Shown: one piece after another, positions 1 to 13,482 of the stretch | How positions within the stretch are numbered: position 1 is the stretch's first letter | Layout of the letters: each line of letters begins with the position of its first letter | Source of the DNA: Cirrosporium novae-zelandiae | Lineage: Eukaryota | Assembly: GCA_026023565.1 (NCBI GenBank) | Contig: JAPETS010000001.1 | Span: 682,001 to 746,000, forward strand | Length of the DNA: 64,000 nucleotides | Direction: 5' to 3' | Notes under the pieces: model-generated | The model's input: the letters and a program-made list of their open reading frames with translations, nothing else | The model's database searches: none | What the model was told of the DNA's origin: nothing | Position numbers and translations under genes: made by a program

Positions 1-234
1 GTATTGCCGGTACGTGGAGTGCAATGGGTGTTGGGACTTCCTAAGCGGTTTCTCGCCCCTGTGCTGTGGTATATTCAAAGGAGCATTGGCCTAAGGATAC
101 GGAAGGAGGTCAGGACGGCTACGGTGAACGGGGCTGAGAAGCAGAAAGAAAGAGAAAGAGACAGGATCAAATCCGACCGAGAAAAGATGAGAGGCTCGGA
201 GCGAAGAGAAAGGGTGGGTAAAAAGGCCTTTTAG
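1..234 (+). CDS. Possible 3' end of a gene entering from the previous window (charged C-terminal tail)
   Basis: Frame +1 is open from base 1 to TAG at 232-234 and ends in a K/R/E-rich tail. No family recognised. Confidence 0.3.
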   Translation, partial: VLPVRGVQWVLGLPKRFLAPVLWYIQRSIGLRIRKEVRTATVNGAEKQKERERDRIKSDREKMRGSERRERVGKKAF

Positions 235-3200
235 ATTATGGTAATTATGGAATGGATGGAGTTCCCGACTATGGTTGAATGAATTTGATACCCAGCATAC
301 GAAAAAGGGGAATGGCGATAACAAAAAAAAAACGGCGTATGTTAAGAACCCTGCTCGTTTTAGCTTGGTGCTAGGTGTTATTTGATTTTGGTGCAACGAG
401 TTATGTAGCATAAGATGAAATCCGTTAATGGAAAACATTATTATTGCGTTTTTAAAGAAAAAGGGATATATTCTTCTTCTTTATGAATCTACTAGAGAAA
501 TAACGAAATAGTAAAAAGCTGTGAGTAAAAAAAGGTACAGTACCTATCAACCGAACAGATATCTATCTACAGTAATTTTTGCGCTTTCCCCGTTCCCCGT
601 TTTAATTAATTAGCAGGTGAGCCCATCCCATGCCATCTATACCCACCCTGATCCTCGCACAACCACGCGATAGTAATTAATTAAATTAATTAGATGAATT
701 TTCAGGAACAAGCCGAACTCGCTTTATCTACTAGCTTCCAACACCACCCCCATTTTTGTTTTGTTGCTTAGTAGGTGTGTGTGTGCACCGTTGTTTTACG
801 TTTACTGTAAATATTGTAGTGGGGTATTTTAAGTAGTAAATATAATATAATACTGTAGGTGATCAATGCGTTTGGGGTTGGGGTTTGGGGGGTTGGAACA
901 GTAAGGATGATCCTAGTGATTAGACTATCTATCCTAATGAACCCCGGATTTGCCCAAGTTCTTTCCATCCAGTTTTCTTCATCAAGATCTTAACTTCCAT
1001 CTACTTCTTAGCATAAAAAACCCCCCTGAAATTTCGCATTCAAGCAATACGGGCTTTGAGAAGAAGAATAAGTGTTTAACCATCATAAGGGATAGCATAG
1101 TCCGTGTAAGCCACGAGAGGAAATACATTCAAACTATAAGCAAGTCTTTGGTATGAAGGAGGTGGTGCTAAGATTGATATCTGGAGAGAGGGGATGAATA
1201 GATGGATGGGTCATTTGCTTCTATGATAAGGGGATTGGCTCTGGATGTGTATTTGAGTGATTTCTTAAGCAAGGTCTTTGAAATAGGGATGGCTTATGGT
1301 GAGGGGTTAGGTTGTGAGGGTGGCGTAAAATATGTTGAGGGCCCATCCCTTGATCTCTGCTAAGAAGAATTGGGGCACAAGGTGCTTCCTTTGAATATCT
1401 TCCATCCAGAGTAAAGCTGCCCGATAATTTCTTCAATAAGCCTCTACCAATGCATTGGTAGACACAAACTTATCCTTCTCTATATTGGAAAGAACCATCT
1501 CGGAGATGTAAAAGGGCTTCCACTTACGTACTTTGAGCGGTTCTGTAATAATGTAACTAACAAATCTGGTGCTTCGGGCCGCCTTAGAAAGTCAAGTGTT
1601 GCACACTATCTCAGGCCTTTCTGCCTGGATAGGTAGTCCTTCTGGCCAGTTGGTATGATTAACAAAAAAGCCTGTCTATTAACGAAATTTTTTAGTACCG
1701 AGCTCCTCAGGCATCTAAGCCGGCGACTTATAAGCCTGAAGGGCAGCATTATTCCTTGTTTTATGTTTTGACTTCCAGAACTTCAGTCCACTATGTTGTT
1801 GTCGCAAAGAGAGGTCTGGGAAGTTCGGTAGAACAACTCAAACTCAGATAAGATCTGTGCCATCTTCTTCGTATGTGAAGATGGGACCGGGATTGGTGTA
1901 GGGTTGCACAGAAATGGTTGAGATGATCAATAGATTGGTCTAAAGTGAGCATAGCCCTAAATTTCTGAACTTACTTAGAGACACCTTCAATGTGCAGAGA
2001 ATGGGCAAGTCTCCAAGCTCAGTCTTTCTTTGCTAGCTATTGGATATCCCTACAAATGACCCGCAACGGAAGAGATCCTTAGTTCTAGGGTGAATAGACA
2101 GAATCTGACCAAGAGGTGCCACCGTCGCCCTTTGCTGGGTGAACACTAGACCTCGAAAATTTGAATTGTGCTGATTAAGCAGAACTTCGAACAGGGACCC
2201 AACCTTGGTCGAATGCTCAGCATACCTCCCCCAGTGAAAAAGGTCTCTCAGTCACTTGATCTCAATCGACAAAACAAATCTATGATGTTGTCCTTCTCAA
2301 TATGATTCCAGCTAGATAGTACTTCTCGATTTGCTCCTCTTTCTTTCTCGAGTAGTTCAGCCGACGAATTGGCATAATGAATCGCGGTCCGAGATCCAGG
2401 TTCACTTTGAACATGTAGTGTCTTTGAAATAAACCTGGAGAGCAAGTTTCTTCCTTTGAAGGTCGTTTCATAAGATTTCTATAACATTTGTCGACATTTT
2501 ATATCTCTTGATTGAGAAGACTGTTATACTCTTAAGAAATCCTAAAGCAGCAACAGTTGTAGACAACCCCTCAGGTCTTACCTCAGCGGGTGAGAAGACG
2601 ATGGATTGAACAGAAGGACAATGGGAGAGCGTTGACATCTCTTCATGATGTACACGAGAAGCGTTTCTTTCATCTAACAACTCCCATTTGAGTTTTCGCG
2701 CTTCCAGTGAGCATCTATTGATTTGTGTGAGAATCCGCTGTCATTTGTTAATAGAATATAGAGGTAACCGTTTAAAGCACTCTCACCTTAGAGCGAGCCA
2801 CTTGCTAAATCTATATTCTGTACATCTCACCCTTATGTGCCGCATATCATTGTTTACCATGCTATAATTCATACCATTGAACCTATCGGCGGTTAGGACT
2901 GATTGTAAGGCGGTTGACTCGGAGCGGGGGTTTTTACAAGAGCTCTGTATGTTCAATGAATGATAATGCATCTCGCCGCCAAATGCCGTTTATTATAAAT
3001 CCATAACAAGGATATCATACTGGCTTTTCAGACTTTCTCAACCAGAAAACGTGATAGATGGCACTCGTACCAGGCAGCAATTCCACCTTCCTAGATGAAT
3101 TTTATGGTTGCATTTTCCACATATACAGAGGTTCTCTCTCGGCAGCCAATTATGTTCCAAATGGCAACACAAGAGCGTGAATAAGGGTGTGAGAAATATC

Positions 3201-4325
3201 CCTCAGCTGCCCAGTTCCTCTAGAGAAGGTTTTCTACCAATAATACTTTGTGGGTAGTGCGTACAAAGGCTAGGTCGTAATATATGCAACGGGGGCGATA
3301 CTTGATCGCACCTAAGAAAAACCTAGGATTCTAAGAGCCATGATTCGCTGCGACATATATTAACTCTTCAATTAATTCATGATGGGTATTTTTCGTGTGA
3401 TTAGAAGGGTATGAATCAAGTTTAATTAGAGTGTCGTTCAACTTTCCAATCCGTTGTAGTGCTCTAGATTGAATGAACAAGTGACCATTACAATTTGACC
3501 ACCCCTATCAACAGTGAAGGCATGCCAAGCATCGGCAGGGCGCTTGCGCTTACCATACGAGACGCGCGGCATTATCCCATATAAGGGAGAACGCTACCTA
3601 ACAAGCCTAAGCTATCATCATCATTTCCTGTCTCTTGCATACGGACCCATCATTATTATTTCGTGGATTATTTTAGTTGTTGGTATAATTATTTCTACTA
3701 CGCTGCCCGATTAGGTGTTGCCTTTATAGTAGGCGATTGCATTTACTTTGCAGTGAGCTGTGTTGATAGTCCATGGTTTTTTTTTTCGTTTTATGGCCTC
3801 CATTACACAATGTATGGGGAGTTACTTTCTGAGGGTTATATGAATACGGAGGGAAGGAAGCACAGAGTGAAGGCTCTGTAGATTATTCCATCTTGAGAGT
3901 CTTCACTGGAAACTTGGAGACTCCGAAAATTATGCCTAAGGCTAACAAACCTTTAAGGACGGCAACCACACAACGTACTAATTAAAGCAAACCAACTGCA
4001 TCCACGATTATTTATTCCGAATATCCAACAATAACCTTACACAACCTCTTTAAGAAGGTATCTTGCATCCCGTGTTTTCCTATCAGGTTCCATCCTCGGC
4101 TTCGGTATCTAACCCGTTGTCTTTTTCCTATTTGTATGGTCCGAAAGCGATCCTATCGGATTTCGAGTCTGATATATTTTATCCTCATTGTTATGACCAA
4201 GGAACATTTCTCCGGAATGTCCTAAATTCTAGTTATAGTAATTTATCAAAATCATCGGTTACGTTGGCCATTGTCTTATTTCTGTTTTATATCGGTGGTC
4301 TTCGTTTTGGCCCACCTGGTTAGTT

Positions 4326-4557
4326 CTATTGACACCCAAAAGGAGCGCTCCACAACCACAACTTTCTTTATCTACGGTTTTCACCATCAACTGTCAATAA
4401 GACAGTTCAGATGCGCGGTATGATTTTCTTGAGATTCAGCCTGGTTTCTATTCGTTAGCGGTTATTGACATGCCTCGGGTGTTCCCTAAACCCCCTTGGC
4501 CTTTCCTTAGCTTATTGGTTCTATTGACAGCTATACATATCTCTTAGATTTATTGAC
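4326..4557. promoter_or_regulatory. Cluster of five YTATTGAC motifs upstream of STE3, candidate MAT1-1-1 (alpha-box) binding sites
   Basis: CTATTGAC 4326, reverse-strand copy GTCAATAAG 4393, TTATTGAC 4462, CTATTGAC 4521, TTATTGAC 4550. These lie about 450-680 bp upstream of the STE3 ATG and resemble the CTATTGAG alpha-box motif. Confidence 0.6.
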
Positions 4558-5004
4558 CCTACTGTCACTTAGCTATATTTTAATGCTTCCAAATCTTTCC
4601 TTTCTTGAACATATTCTCTCTTCTTGCTTTATCTATCTCCAAGATTCTCGTCGTTTACATACTGTCACATCTTAGCTTACATCTCAGACCGATTCCATCT
4701 ATTCATCCCTACTGCTCTACCAGGATCCAAGCTTTAACGGCTTATATCTAATGACCCTCCTTGCTACGCTCAAAATCTAAAGAGAATCATTTTAAGGGTG
4801 ACTCCAAGTTATCGTGGTCAACAACATTGCCTCTCGATCTGCTATACGGTCTCAAGCTATCTAATGCCCAAGCTTGTTATAAAAGTCCTTCACTGATCTC
4901 TACCCCATCCTCGCCCGGCCTCCTGTCTCTGATTCCTTGAACTCTATTTCGTCCATCTTTAGAGCATCACAAGAAGATCTGAAGACCTTGGGGGAAATGT
5001 TAAG

Positions 5005-6540
5005 ATGGACCAGTCCAACGCTTCTCCTCACTATGTTCTTTACATTGTGGTTCCAGTCCTAGCGGTTGTTGCAATTTGCATGTCACTACCCCCTCTTATA
5101 TGGCATTTCAAAAATCGGAATCTCGCAGCAACAACTATGATTTTCTGGATACTTCTCCAAAATGTCATGTACCTCATCAATTCTCTCATCTGGTCGACTG
5201 ATGATACTGAAACGTGGTGGGATGGGACCGGACTCTGTGATATCGAGGTCAAATTGTATATTGCAATAAATACTGGTATAATCAGTGCCCTGGTAGCAGT
5301 CATGCGGAATCTCGCCAACGTCCTCGACAGGGATAGAAACACCATTATTCCTACCCAGGCCCAGAGAAGACGTGCGCTTGCTATCGATCTCTTTCTCTGT
5401 TTCGGAATCCCAAGCTATCTGATGATAATCCATTATGTCGTCCAACCCAACAGATACTACATTTTCACAATCGCTGGATGCTTACCCTCCTACTCCTATA
5501 GTTGGGTATCTCTATTACTCATGTGGATCTGGGGGCCAATTCTTTCCCTGGTTGCCGGTTTCTATTCTGGTAAGTCTCATAAATTTGTTAAAACCAACGC
5601 CAATACTAATAAATACCAGTTTTAGTCATGGTTCGCGTTCAAAGACACCACGCCGAACTATCAGGCATGCTCCGGAACTCTAACACGAACCTCAATAAAT
5701 CCCGCTTCCTACGTCTCTTTATCTTATCGATATCTATTGTTGTGCTGATTCTCCCGGTCGACTGGTATGTTCTGTACACCTTTATCTCTACAGGACTTGG
5801 CTCATATTCTTGGTCCTTTGTCCACGGCTCTGAGTGGAATCAAATCCCCAAGGTACCTCAGAATGGAAAAATCCCGTTTTGGGTCTGGATACCTCTGGCT
5901 TCTGGAATCGTGGTTTTCTTTTTCTTCGGTATTGGAAGAGATGCAACTACTATGTATCGCTCCTGGCTCTCGAAACTTGGCCTTGGTAAATTGTTTCCGG
6001 GTCTTAACCGTCCATATACACCTCGAAAAACATCCAACGGCAGCGCCTTGGGAAATTTTTTTGACTCTGTCGGCAGTCGTGCGAAACTTCTCTACAGAAA
6101 AAGCACGTGGCAACGGTCATCATTCTCCTCGACACGGTAAGTGTATTGTCTCTCTATATTACATGTATAATCTTAACTAACCCTACCTCAACATCAGCCG
6201 TCTATCATCGCCCTTCTCAACTATTGCCTCGGCAACTACCTCCTCCCCCCCCCAAAAGGATTTCTCTTCCATCTCCAACGACATCATCGGGGAGGGAAAG
6301 GCGTCCCTATCAAGAGCCTCTTGGTTCAACCACCTCATCACAGAACTCATCTTTCTACGCTCTCACATGTTCGCACGGCAGCGCTGTGAGAATGGGATGC
6401 AACTACAGAACCAACCCATTGAGCAACCATCAACAGTGGTTACAAATATCCAGATCGGGAGTCCTGGACCAGTGCGCTCGGACGATTTCGGGGTTAGGGT
6501 TGAAAGGAGTATCGAGCAGAGCCAGACAATGCAGGTGTAA
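5005..6540 (+). CDS. STE3: a-factor-type pheromone receptor (STE3 family GPCR; pre1/gprB-like)
   Basis: STE3 motifs (PPLIWH..NRN, WWDGTGLCDIEVK, HYVVQPNRYYIF..GC, NKSRFLRLF) and a multi-TM pattern. Exons 5005-5569, about 5620-6136 and 6198-6540; stop TAA after ...QTMQV. Confidence 0.95.
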
Positions 6541-7333
6541 TTTCCCTGGCTTTATTTAACATGCAAAGCCTTCATCTCACATATGGGGATAGCGAGAGTG
6601 TGGTGGAATATGTGGGAAAAGTTGCTGGTCGGATTTCAACTAGACTTTCTTTTGTTTGTGCTTGTGATTTTCGAGATACCTGTCTTCCCTTCTGCCTGGA
6701 GCAGGAGGTGAGGACTCTTTTTTTTTGTCTGGGCTGGAAAAACATACATGCCATTATAGCTGGTACATAATCGAAATCTGAATTCGAACCAAGTTTTGGA
6801 TTAGGAGTGGGAAGAATGAAAATGTATCAATTGCAAGATTGCTGAGCACAAGCCATGTCGCTGATAGAATATATCATCCCTCCAATGTAGCCAGCCCTGC
6901 CAGCCTAGTTCTCGGAAACGACCTAAAGTTTCGGCGGTCCGCAAGATTTATCGGATTTGAAAAGCTGCGGTTTTCAGAGTAAGCAAATATTTGCTACTTT
7001 TGTGTCGAATATTTAGGTCATTCCCGAAAACTATATTGATTACCTAGGTACCTAGGTACATTGAACCACAACCTACAGTGACTAAAACACGTTCTCTCAT
7101 ATTTATAAGTCATAGTACCATGAATAGAATAATGTTAATTAATTCTTCCATCCAACTACTGGACTACCCGCTTGCCCCAAGTAGGCACCCATCCGGGTCA
7201 TCCGTCAGTACTCTAGGTGGTCTTTTATCCCGATTCTCATATCTTTTCTTCACATACAGCACACTAATTGAACATGGTAGCATCATAGGTAAAATTCTTC
7301 TTTGGTCTATTCCATACACGTTTACCATCCCGC

Positions 7334-7867
7334 TCATTGAGATTGAGATTCCATATCGGAAGAGTTGTTGTCATCGCGAGGTCGTGATCTCGTCAGAACT
7401 TCAATGCTTCCTATGCCAACCGAATTAGCTTCCATCTTCTTGAGCAGTCTAAACAAGTAGTCATCTGTACTCTGCCTAATATTCAATGCCTCTCTTTTTA
7501 CTCCCTCTTTATCTTCATACGACCTTATGCTCGCATCCCCCTCTACAAACACCTTTGTTCCCTTCTGCAATCCCATGAGGTAATCCCGCCCTGGACCTTC
7601 CGCAGTAAATGCCGACACTCTGAACCAACTTGTTTTCCTATTGCCATCCTCATCGGGAGGACCGTGCGATGTAGCGACCTGGTAACGAATCACGTCTCGA
7701 CCAGTTGAGGTCGCAACAAGTTCGGGGTCCGCGCCTAGGTTACCGACAATGGAGATGCGAGCGAGGGAGCGGGAGGGTGTTGATGAGAGGAAGCGATTAA
7801 GAAGGAGAGGGCGGGTTGAGAAGAGGGATGGCTTGAGGATGGGACGGAGGGGAGTGAATGGCGGCAT
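7334..7867 (-). CDS. RIM1: Mitochondrial single-stranded DNA-binding protein
   Basis: R/S/L-rich presequence followed by SSB OB-fold motifs (ISIVGNLGADPE, TSWFRV, KGTKVFVEG). Probable 60-nt intron 7411-7470. Confidence 0.9.
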   Translation of the reverse strand: MPPFTPLRPILKPSLFSTRPLLLNRFLSSTPSRSLARISIVGNLGADPELVATSTGRDVIRYQVATSHGPPDEDGNRKTSWFRVSAFTAEGPGRDYLMGLQKGTKVFVEGDASIRSYEDKEGVKREALNIRQSTDDYLFRLLKKMEANSVGIGSIEVLTRSRPRDDNNSSDMESQSQ

Positions 7868-8044
7868 TTTGAGGTGGTGGAGATTGAAGAATTGAAGAAT
7901 TGGTAACTTTTGGTGTGGTGGTGGATGAAGAATTAGTCGTTATTTTTGCTCTCAATTTGGCATGTTATTGCAAAACACATAGCACAGATAAGGATAGCTT
8001 CATGCCATTTTGGGATGAGAAGTCGCTTAAGCTCAGTGGGTGGT

Positions 8045-8104
8045 GAGTTTGCTTGAGTTTGCTTGAGTTTGCTTGAGTTTGCTTGAGTTTGCTTGAGTTT
8101 GCTT
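8045..8104. repeat. Tandem 10-mer (GAGTTTGCTT)x6
   Basis: Six perfect copies followed by degenerate copies, upstream of RIM1. Confidence 0.95.
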
Positions 8105-9814
8105 GTGTTTGCATCATTTGCATTATTTGCATTTTCATCCATAAATATTTGGATTCTTCGTATAATATTATTCTCTAAATAAAATACCAAGTTCACTTCA
8201 AAAAGCGAGAAAAATGAAAAAAATGAAAAATACAAAATTACCTAGGTACTTTTATGAAATGTTATAGTTACTTGAAAATCATGTCACATTCTTTCAAAAA
8301 TCTAGTTATATTTGGATTCACCGATGAGCTTACAAGTATCAGCCAATGTATGATTGTATGTATGATAAACTAGCCCCCAAACTAAAAATCTACTTATCAT
8401 AAGCACGCATGAACAGTTCACAACTTGAGTTAGTTAAAATCCTTTTGCAATCATCCATGCTCAAAGCCATGTTTTACAGTTCATCTTCATCTGGAGACTA
8501 GAGACGAACGACGCGTCGCCCCATGTCTTTAATGCATAGGTTCCGAATGATTGTGCAACGCGAAAAATGGATAATACCATACATAGTAATACTATAATGC
8601 AGGGTATAATCACTGCCTGAGGTGGTCATAGCAAGCGATCGGTCTTGTTTGATGTTCAATACTCAGATATTCTAGAAACGAATCAACAACAAACCTGGTA
8701 TTTTACTACTACGAGCATTATCAACCAGGAAGTTTCTGCATCTCCTGTCAGGCTGCCACCCCCTGAAACAATAGTCACTTTTCTCTTACCGGCTGGGTTA
8801 CGCAATGGACTCCCATTGAATATTGTGACCGGCACCTAAAATCCACGACTGCATTAACAAAAAATCGGAAATCCAATGGGCGGACCACGCCGCTACTATC
8901 ACTTCCTTAGCTCAGGCTCTCCATTCGTTCCATTTACGTCGCCATTCCTTGATAAAAAAAAACTAAACGAGGTCGTTGGCGTGGTAGATCTTAGACTTGC
9001 TACGTGGACAAGATCGACCATCAATGATGGATTGATACGCGGTAGGTCAGAGCTGTCCTGAAAAGATGATAGCTTATTCAAGGGCCAAGGACGTTTTTAT
9101 TATTATTATCAACCCTGGTTCTTTGACCACTGAGACTCGGCTGATTGATCGGTTCTTAATCAACTCAATTACATTCGCCGAATTTCCAGGATCTATGCAT
9201 CAATTTCCTTAGGGCTTGAAATCCGGCGCCACGCCTTCCCCGGATGCAACTATGCCGCTTGTCAAGTCATCTTTTCCACTCCTCCTCACCCCGATGCATG
9301 CTTTTGAACTCCCCTTTGAGAGAGACCAACAGCCTGAATGTCATTGGGCAAATTCCAACTTTCCCGTCGAGCATATGCTGCTTAGATTCACGTCATGCTT
9401 TCCCGTTTTCTGATAGTTCTAGATTTGAGATTCTGAGCTTGCTTGGCTATGGGACATGGACGAACGAACTCGTGGTTGATTCATTCGTTGTCTAGCACCT
9501 GCTAACAGGGCATGCTTCCCCTCATAGTTGCAATGAGCCCGCCATCCGAGTGCTCTTGGGATTCTCTATTATCTATATTTCTCTTGTTGTTTGCTTTCAT
9601 TCGCTCTAGGTCCGGTCGGTCTTCACGGTTCATGAGCTCCATTCCGTTCAATTGCTAACATGAATTTCCCATACTAAGGTAGTCCAAGACTTATCTGATA
9701 TAATGCAGATAGTCTTTTCAAGATAGCAGGCTTCGTGGAACAATATCAGTTCGATTAATTTTCCATCAAGCTGACCCATTGGATATTTCTATCATCGATA
9801 GTTCCTCCGTTTTC

Positions 9815-12800
9815 ATGCGCGCCATAATTCTTGCGACGGGCGCATTGGCGTTGGTTGTGACATGTGATTCGATATTTGATGGAAAAGGCAATTCATGGAA
9901 ACATCCTCGGGCGGACATCTCGTCGCTATCGCAAACAAACAGCGTGGTATCCTCATCTCAGACATATTCTACCACCGGAAAAGCCGAGTCTTTGACATCT
10001 GATACCGTTGAAAATGCTGCAATTTCGACTTCCACGACATCTACGAAGACGGATGCAAAGGTGAAATCCACGACTGTAGGATCCACAAAAACAACACCCA
10101 CTATTGCTACTGCTACAGCGACTACCAGCAGTAAATCGTCGCATTCTGATGCATTGCCGATTAAGATACATATCACACCTGCTCTTGGCGTTGCTGGAGT
10201 TATTCTTATACTCACTGGAATATGGCACACGTTAGTTGGAATAAAAAATAAACCGATCCAGACCTTTCTGTCCACGACGTATCTTGTAGGGATGTCCGTC
10301 ACGGTTTTGATTATATATGTCATGTCTCCTCCGATCAGCGATGCAGTTCAGGGAGCCTTTCTTGTTGCCGCATGCCTGTCTGGCATCTTATTTGGATTGG
10401 GTTCCCTCCTTTTCAGGGAGGTCGCTGAGGCATTAGGCTGTGTTCTAGGAGGATTTACACTTAGTATGTGGTTATTAGTCCTCAGACCAGGAGGACTAAT
10501 TACTTCCAAAGCCGGAAAGTCTGGTTTCATTGCAGGTTTCTGTATTGGAGTTTTTGCTATATATTGCAGCATTTCACCAATCCGAAGACTTGTACACAGA
10601 GTACGATCAAAGGGTGACACACACGGTCCTTCCATGGCAAAGGGTAACTTGCAATGGATAACGGAGTACTTGATTATTGGCTCTACTGCCTTTTCTGGAT
10701 CAACAGCTGTAGTAATTGGAATCGATTGTTTTTCAAGAGCGGGTTTGAAAGAATTCTGGCTTTATATTTGGGGTAAGCATTATCCACGTTTCTATTCGTA
10801 TTCTCCCATGTTTTGCCCCTGTCTCCGACCCATTAAAAGTCGGAGGTCCTTCCGAGAATCTCCACTATTGCGTACCGGCTTTACAAGGATTGTTACACAC
10901 CCAACCTTCTCCAATCCCGACACGGATATATACATGAGGCCAGCCCAGACCTTGCCACCAAATATTCACTCCTTGTTTCAAGGTTCAGTTGAAAGCAATA
11001 AAATCGCCTGTCCTCATAGCCTGTCTTGTTCCTCCCACTTGCTAACACCTCCATTCGTTTACTAGATTTAAACAACAACATCTTTCCCTTGAATACGAAC
11101 ACGTTTCCCATTACTCGAGGCATAACGGTCGAAATTGTTTTAATAATAATATTTTTCTTTGTCGGAATCATGTCACAAATCAGGTTTTGGCGAGGTATCA
11201 AGGAAAGGGTAAAGGCAAGACAATTACAGCGATATGAGGAAGATCATGCCAAGGAAGATGAGGAAGCAAACTACGGAAAGCTAGTTGAATCAAGAGTCGC
11301 TCGTGAAAAAGAGCGATGGGAGGTCACCTATGGAGACAGGGATGGAAGTACCCAGCAATTAGCCTGTTCACCAACAGCAAGTCCCAGCACCGTTGGTGGT
11401 AATCCTAAAAAAGCAACGACAGCAGCTGAGATGAAAGAAGTGTTAAATACAGAAACACCTGATATTGAGATGGATCAGCTTGACATATCAACTATAGAAA
11501 GTTGTCCTCGATCCCGCGATAGTCAACGCTCGGAGATTGGTACCGTCCCATCCCAACTGGCAAGTCGAGAAGTCCAGATCTGGAGTCCGACGGAAGACTT
11601 ACTACGCCCTGGAATGGCTACTGGACAGCGCCTGAGTTCATCCCAAGAATCTAGGGTATCCACTCAAACCAAATCGTCGGCTGTTTCTGGGAGGACTTCG
11701 CAAACGTCAATGGATGAGGATAATGGGGTTGGTTCAGTACAAGCCTCGACATATTCCTCTGAATTGATGGATTTACCTGCCGCGACTACTGTCGCTGAAG
11801 AGGAACCTCAACTCGAGCATGAACGACCAGATTCGAGTTCAAATGTCGTACTATTGAATTCTGAAGATGAATACGATACACGCCACGATCGATTGTCTAA
11901 GAAATCAACAGATAGGCGACAGTCGCAAGTAATTGATGGCTTAGGATTCCTAGCTGAGCAGTTTGAGGATCATGGATCATCAGTGGTGGCATTTGCTAAT
12001 ACTGATCCCGATCTAGAGAAACTTCCTCCATATGAAAATTCCGAAAGAGGGGAACTCGACAGTGGGCTACCAGGATCTTATCCGACATCTGAAGCAAGTG
12101 AGCAAACTAGGGACTCGGTCCACAGCTTGGTTCGACCAACGTCTAGACAGTCTGATGCTTCCCCGCCATTGTGTCCAATAACCAAGGATTGCCTTCCAAC
12201 GAATCCTGTTTCACAAGTAACCAACAAATACTGGACAGATGCATGGGTTAAAAAGTTGGAACTTGCAGAGAACCCCGAAAATTTCGAAACCGATTTTGAG
12301 GCCGATGAACCAGATGAACCCTCCGTTCAGGTTACACGGCGAACATCGACAGCCCTTGTGTCACCACAAAAGCGCCAGGAATCTGCAACAAATCGGCAAA
12401 GTAATCCTCGAGCACTTTTCGACCGGCGACAATCACACAACTCGGTTCTATCACATCGCCTGTCTACCTCGTCATCAAGAGCATCCCTTGATCGAGAGGG
12501 GCATCGAAATAATACTTTGGCTAAGCTTTCTCAATCTCAAATTAACCCAGATTCCCGAAGGTCCAGTTACCAACTACAGCCTGGACGTCTTTCTCAAGGT
12601 TCTTCTACTTTAGGAACACCAGCCATACCCACCGACTCCGCTAGAAATTCTACCTCGGGTTTTCCAGCTCGTAGTTCTACACCCATGATAAACCGGAGCA
12701 ATCTAGCAGTATCCCCAATCAAAGAAGAGAGGGCAGAAGAAATATACACCGACCCTTCAATTTCTACTCCTAGCATGACGCGACTTAGCCAGCGAGAGGG

Positions 12801-13482
12801 CAAGGTAGGAAGAAAAAGGCCAAGTCTAGTACAGTCTCGAGGCCAAATGGAAACCCCCTATGGGAAAACCCGACCGTTGTCGGGGGAGCGAGAAAGCTAT
12901 CCAGCTGCGTTGAATGAGTATACGGCTCGGAAAGAGCTCGAAACGGTAGATGGCGGCGATGGAGATAACCTCACACTTTCTGAAAGGAGGAGAAGACTCC
13001 ATAAACAAAAGCAACAAGGGCGAGAACGGTGGCATGCTCAGGATCAACTACACCAACACCAACCTCTCCAACGCCAAAATTCCACTCCTATACCATCTGC
13101 CCCCCCTCCCAGACCCCATCACTCTGCCTCGCAACAGTATCTGCGACAACAAGAATGGCCGCATGAACCTTATGATCCTCATATCCCTACCCGCAATAAT
13201 GTTTTCAATCCCACGCGCCAATCTGCCCTTCTTACATCCTTCCGCTCGTCTATGGCTCAAGATCAAGCAAATTTGCAGCAGGCAACCACATATGTAGATG
13301 CGCGACGGCAAGAGATGCTATTTGAGAGAGAGTATAAAGGCAGAGCGGAGGCACAAAAACAGTTCATGTCAGAGCAGCTGAAGCAACAGAGGGAGTCAAG
13401 GATGGGTACGTGGGACATGCAGCAAGCACACCGAGAGCACATGAGTAGAATTCAAGCTAAAGCAAGAAACCACGCGTCGTGA
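9815..13482 (+). CDS. Multi-pass membrane protein (DUF4203/TM7S3-TM198-like) with signal peptide and long disordered C-terminus
   Basis: MRAIILATGALALVV signal peptide, S/T-rich stalk, then TM block (ITPALGVAG..., LGGFTLSMWLLVLRPGGLI, GIDCFSRAGLKEFWLYIW). Intron 10773-11065 joins ORFs 9779 and 11026. Confidence 0.8.

Noticed and set aside
8045..8104. Direct repeats as a CRISPR-like array
   Set aside because: No spacers, a 10-bp unit and a eukaryotic context; a simple tandem repeat.
7933..8235. 100-aa minus-strand ORF with repeated KLKQTQANS
   Set aside because: Produced by the 10-mer tandem repeat; non-ATG start in an AT-rich promoter region.
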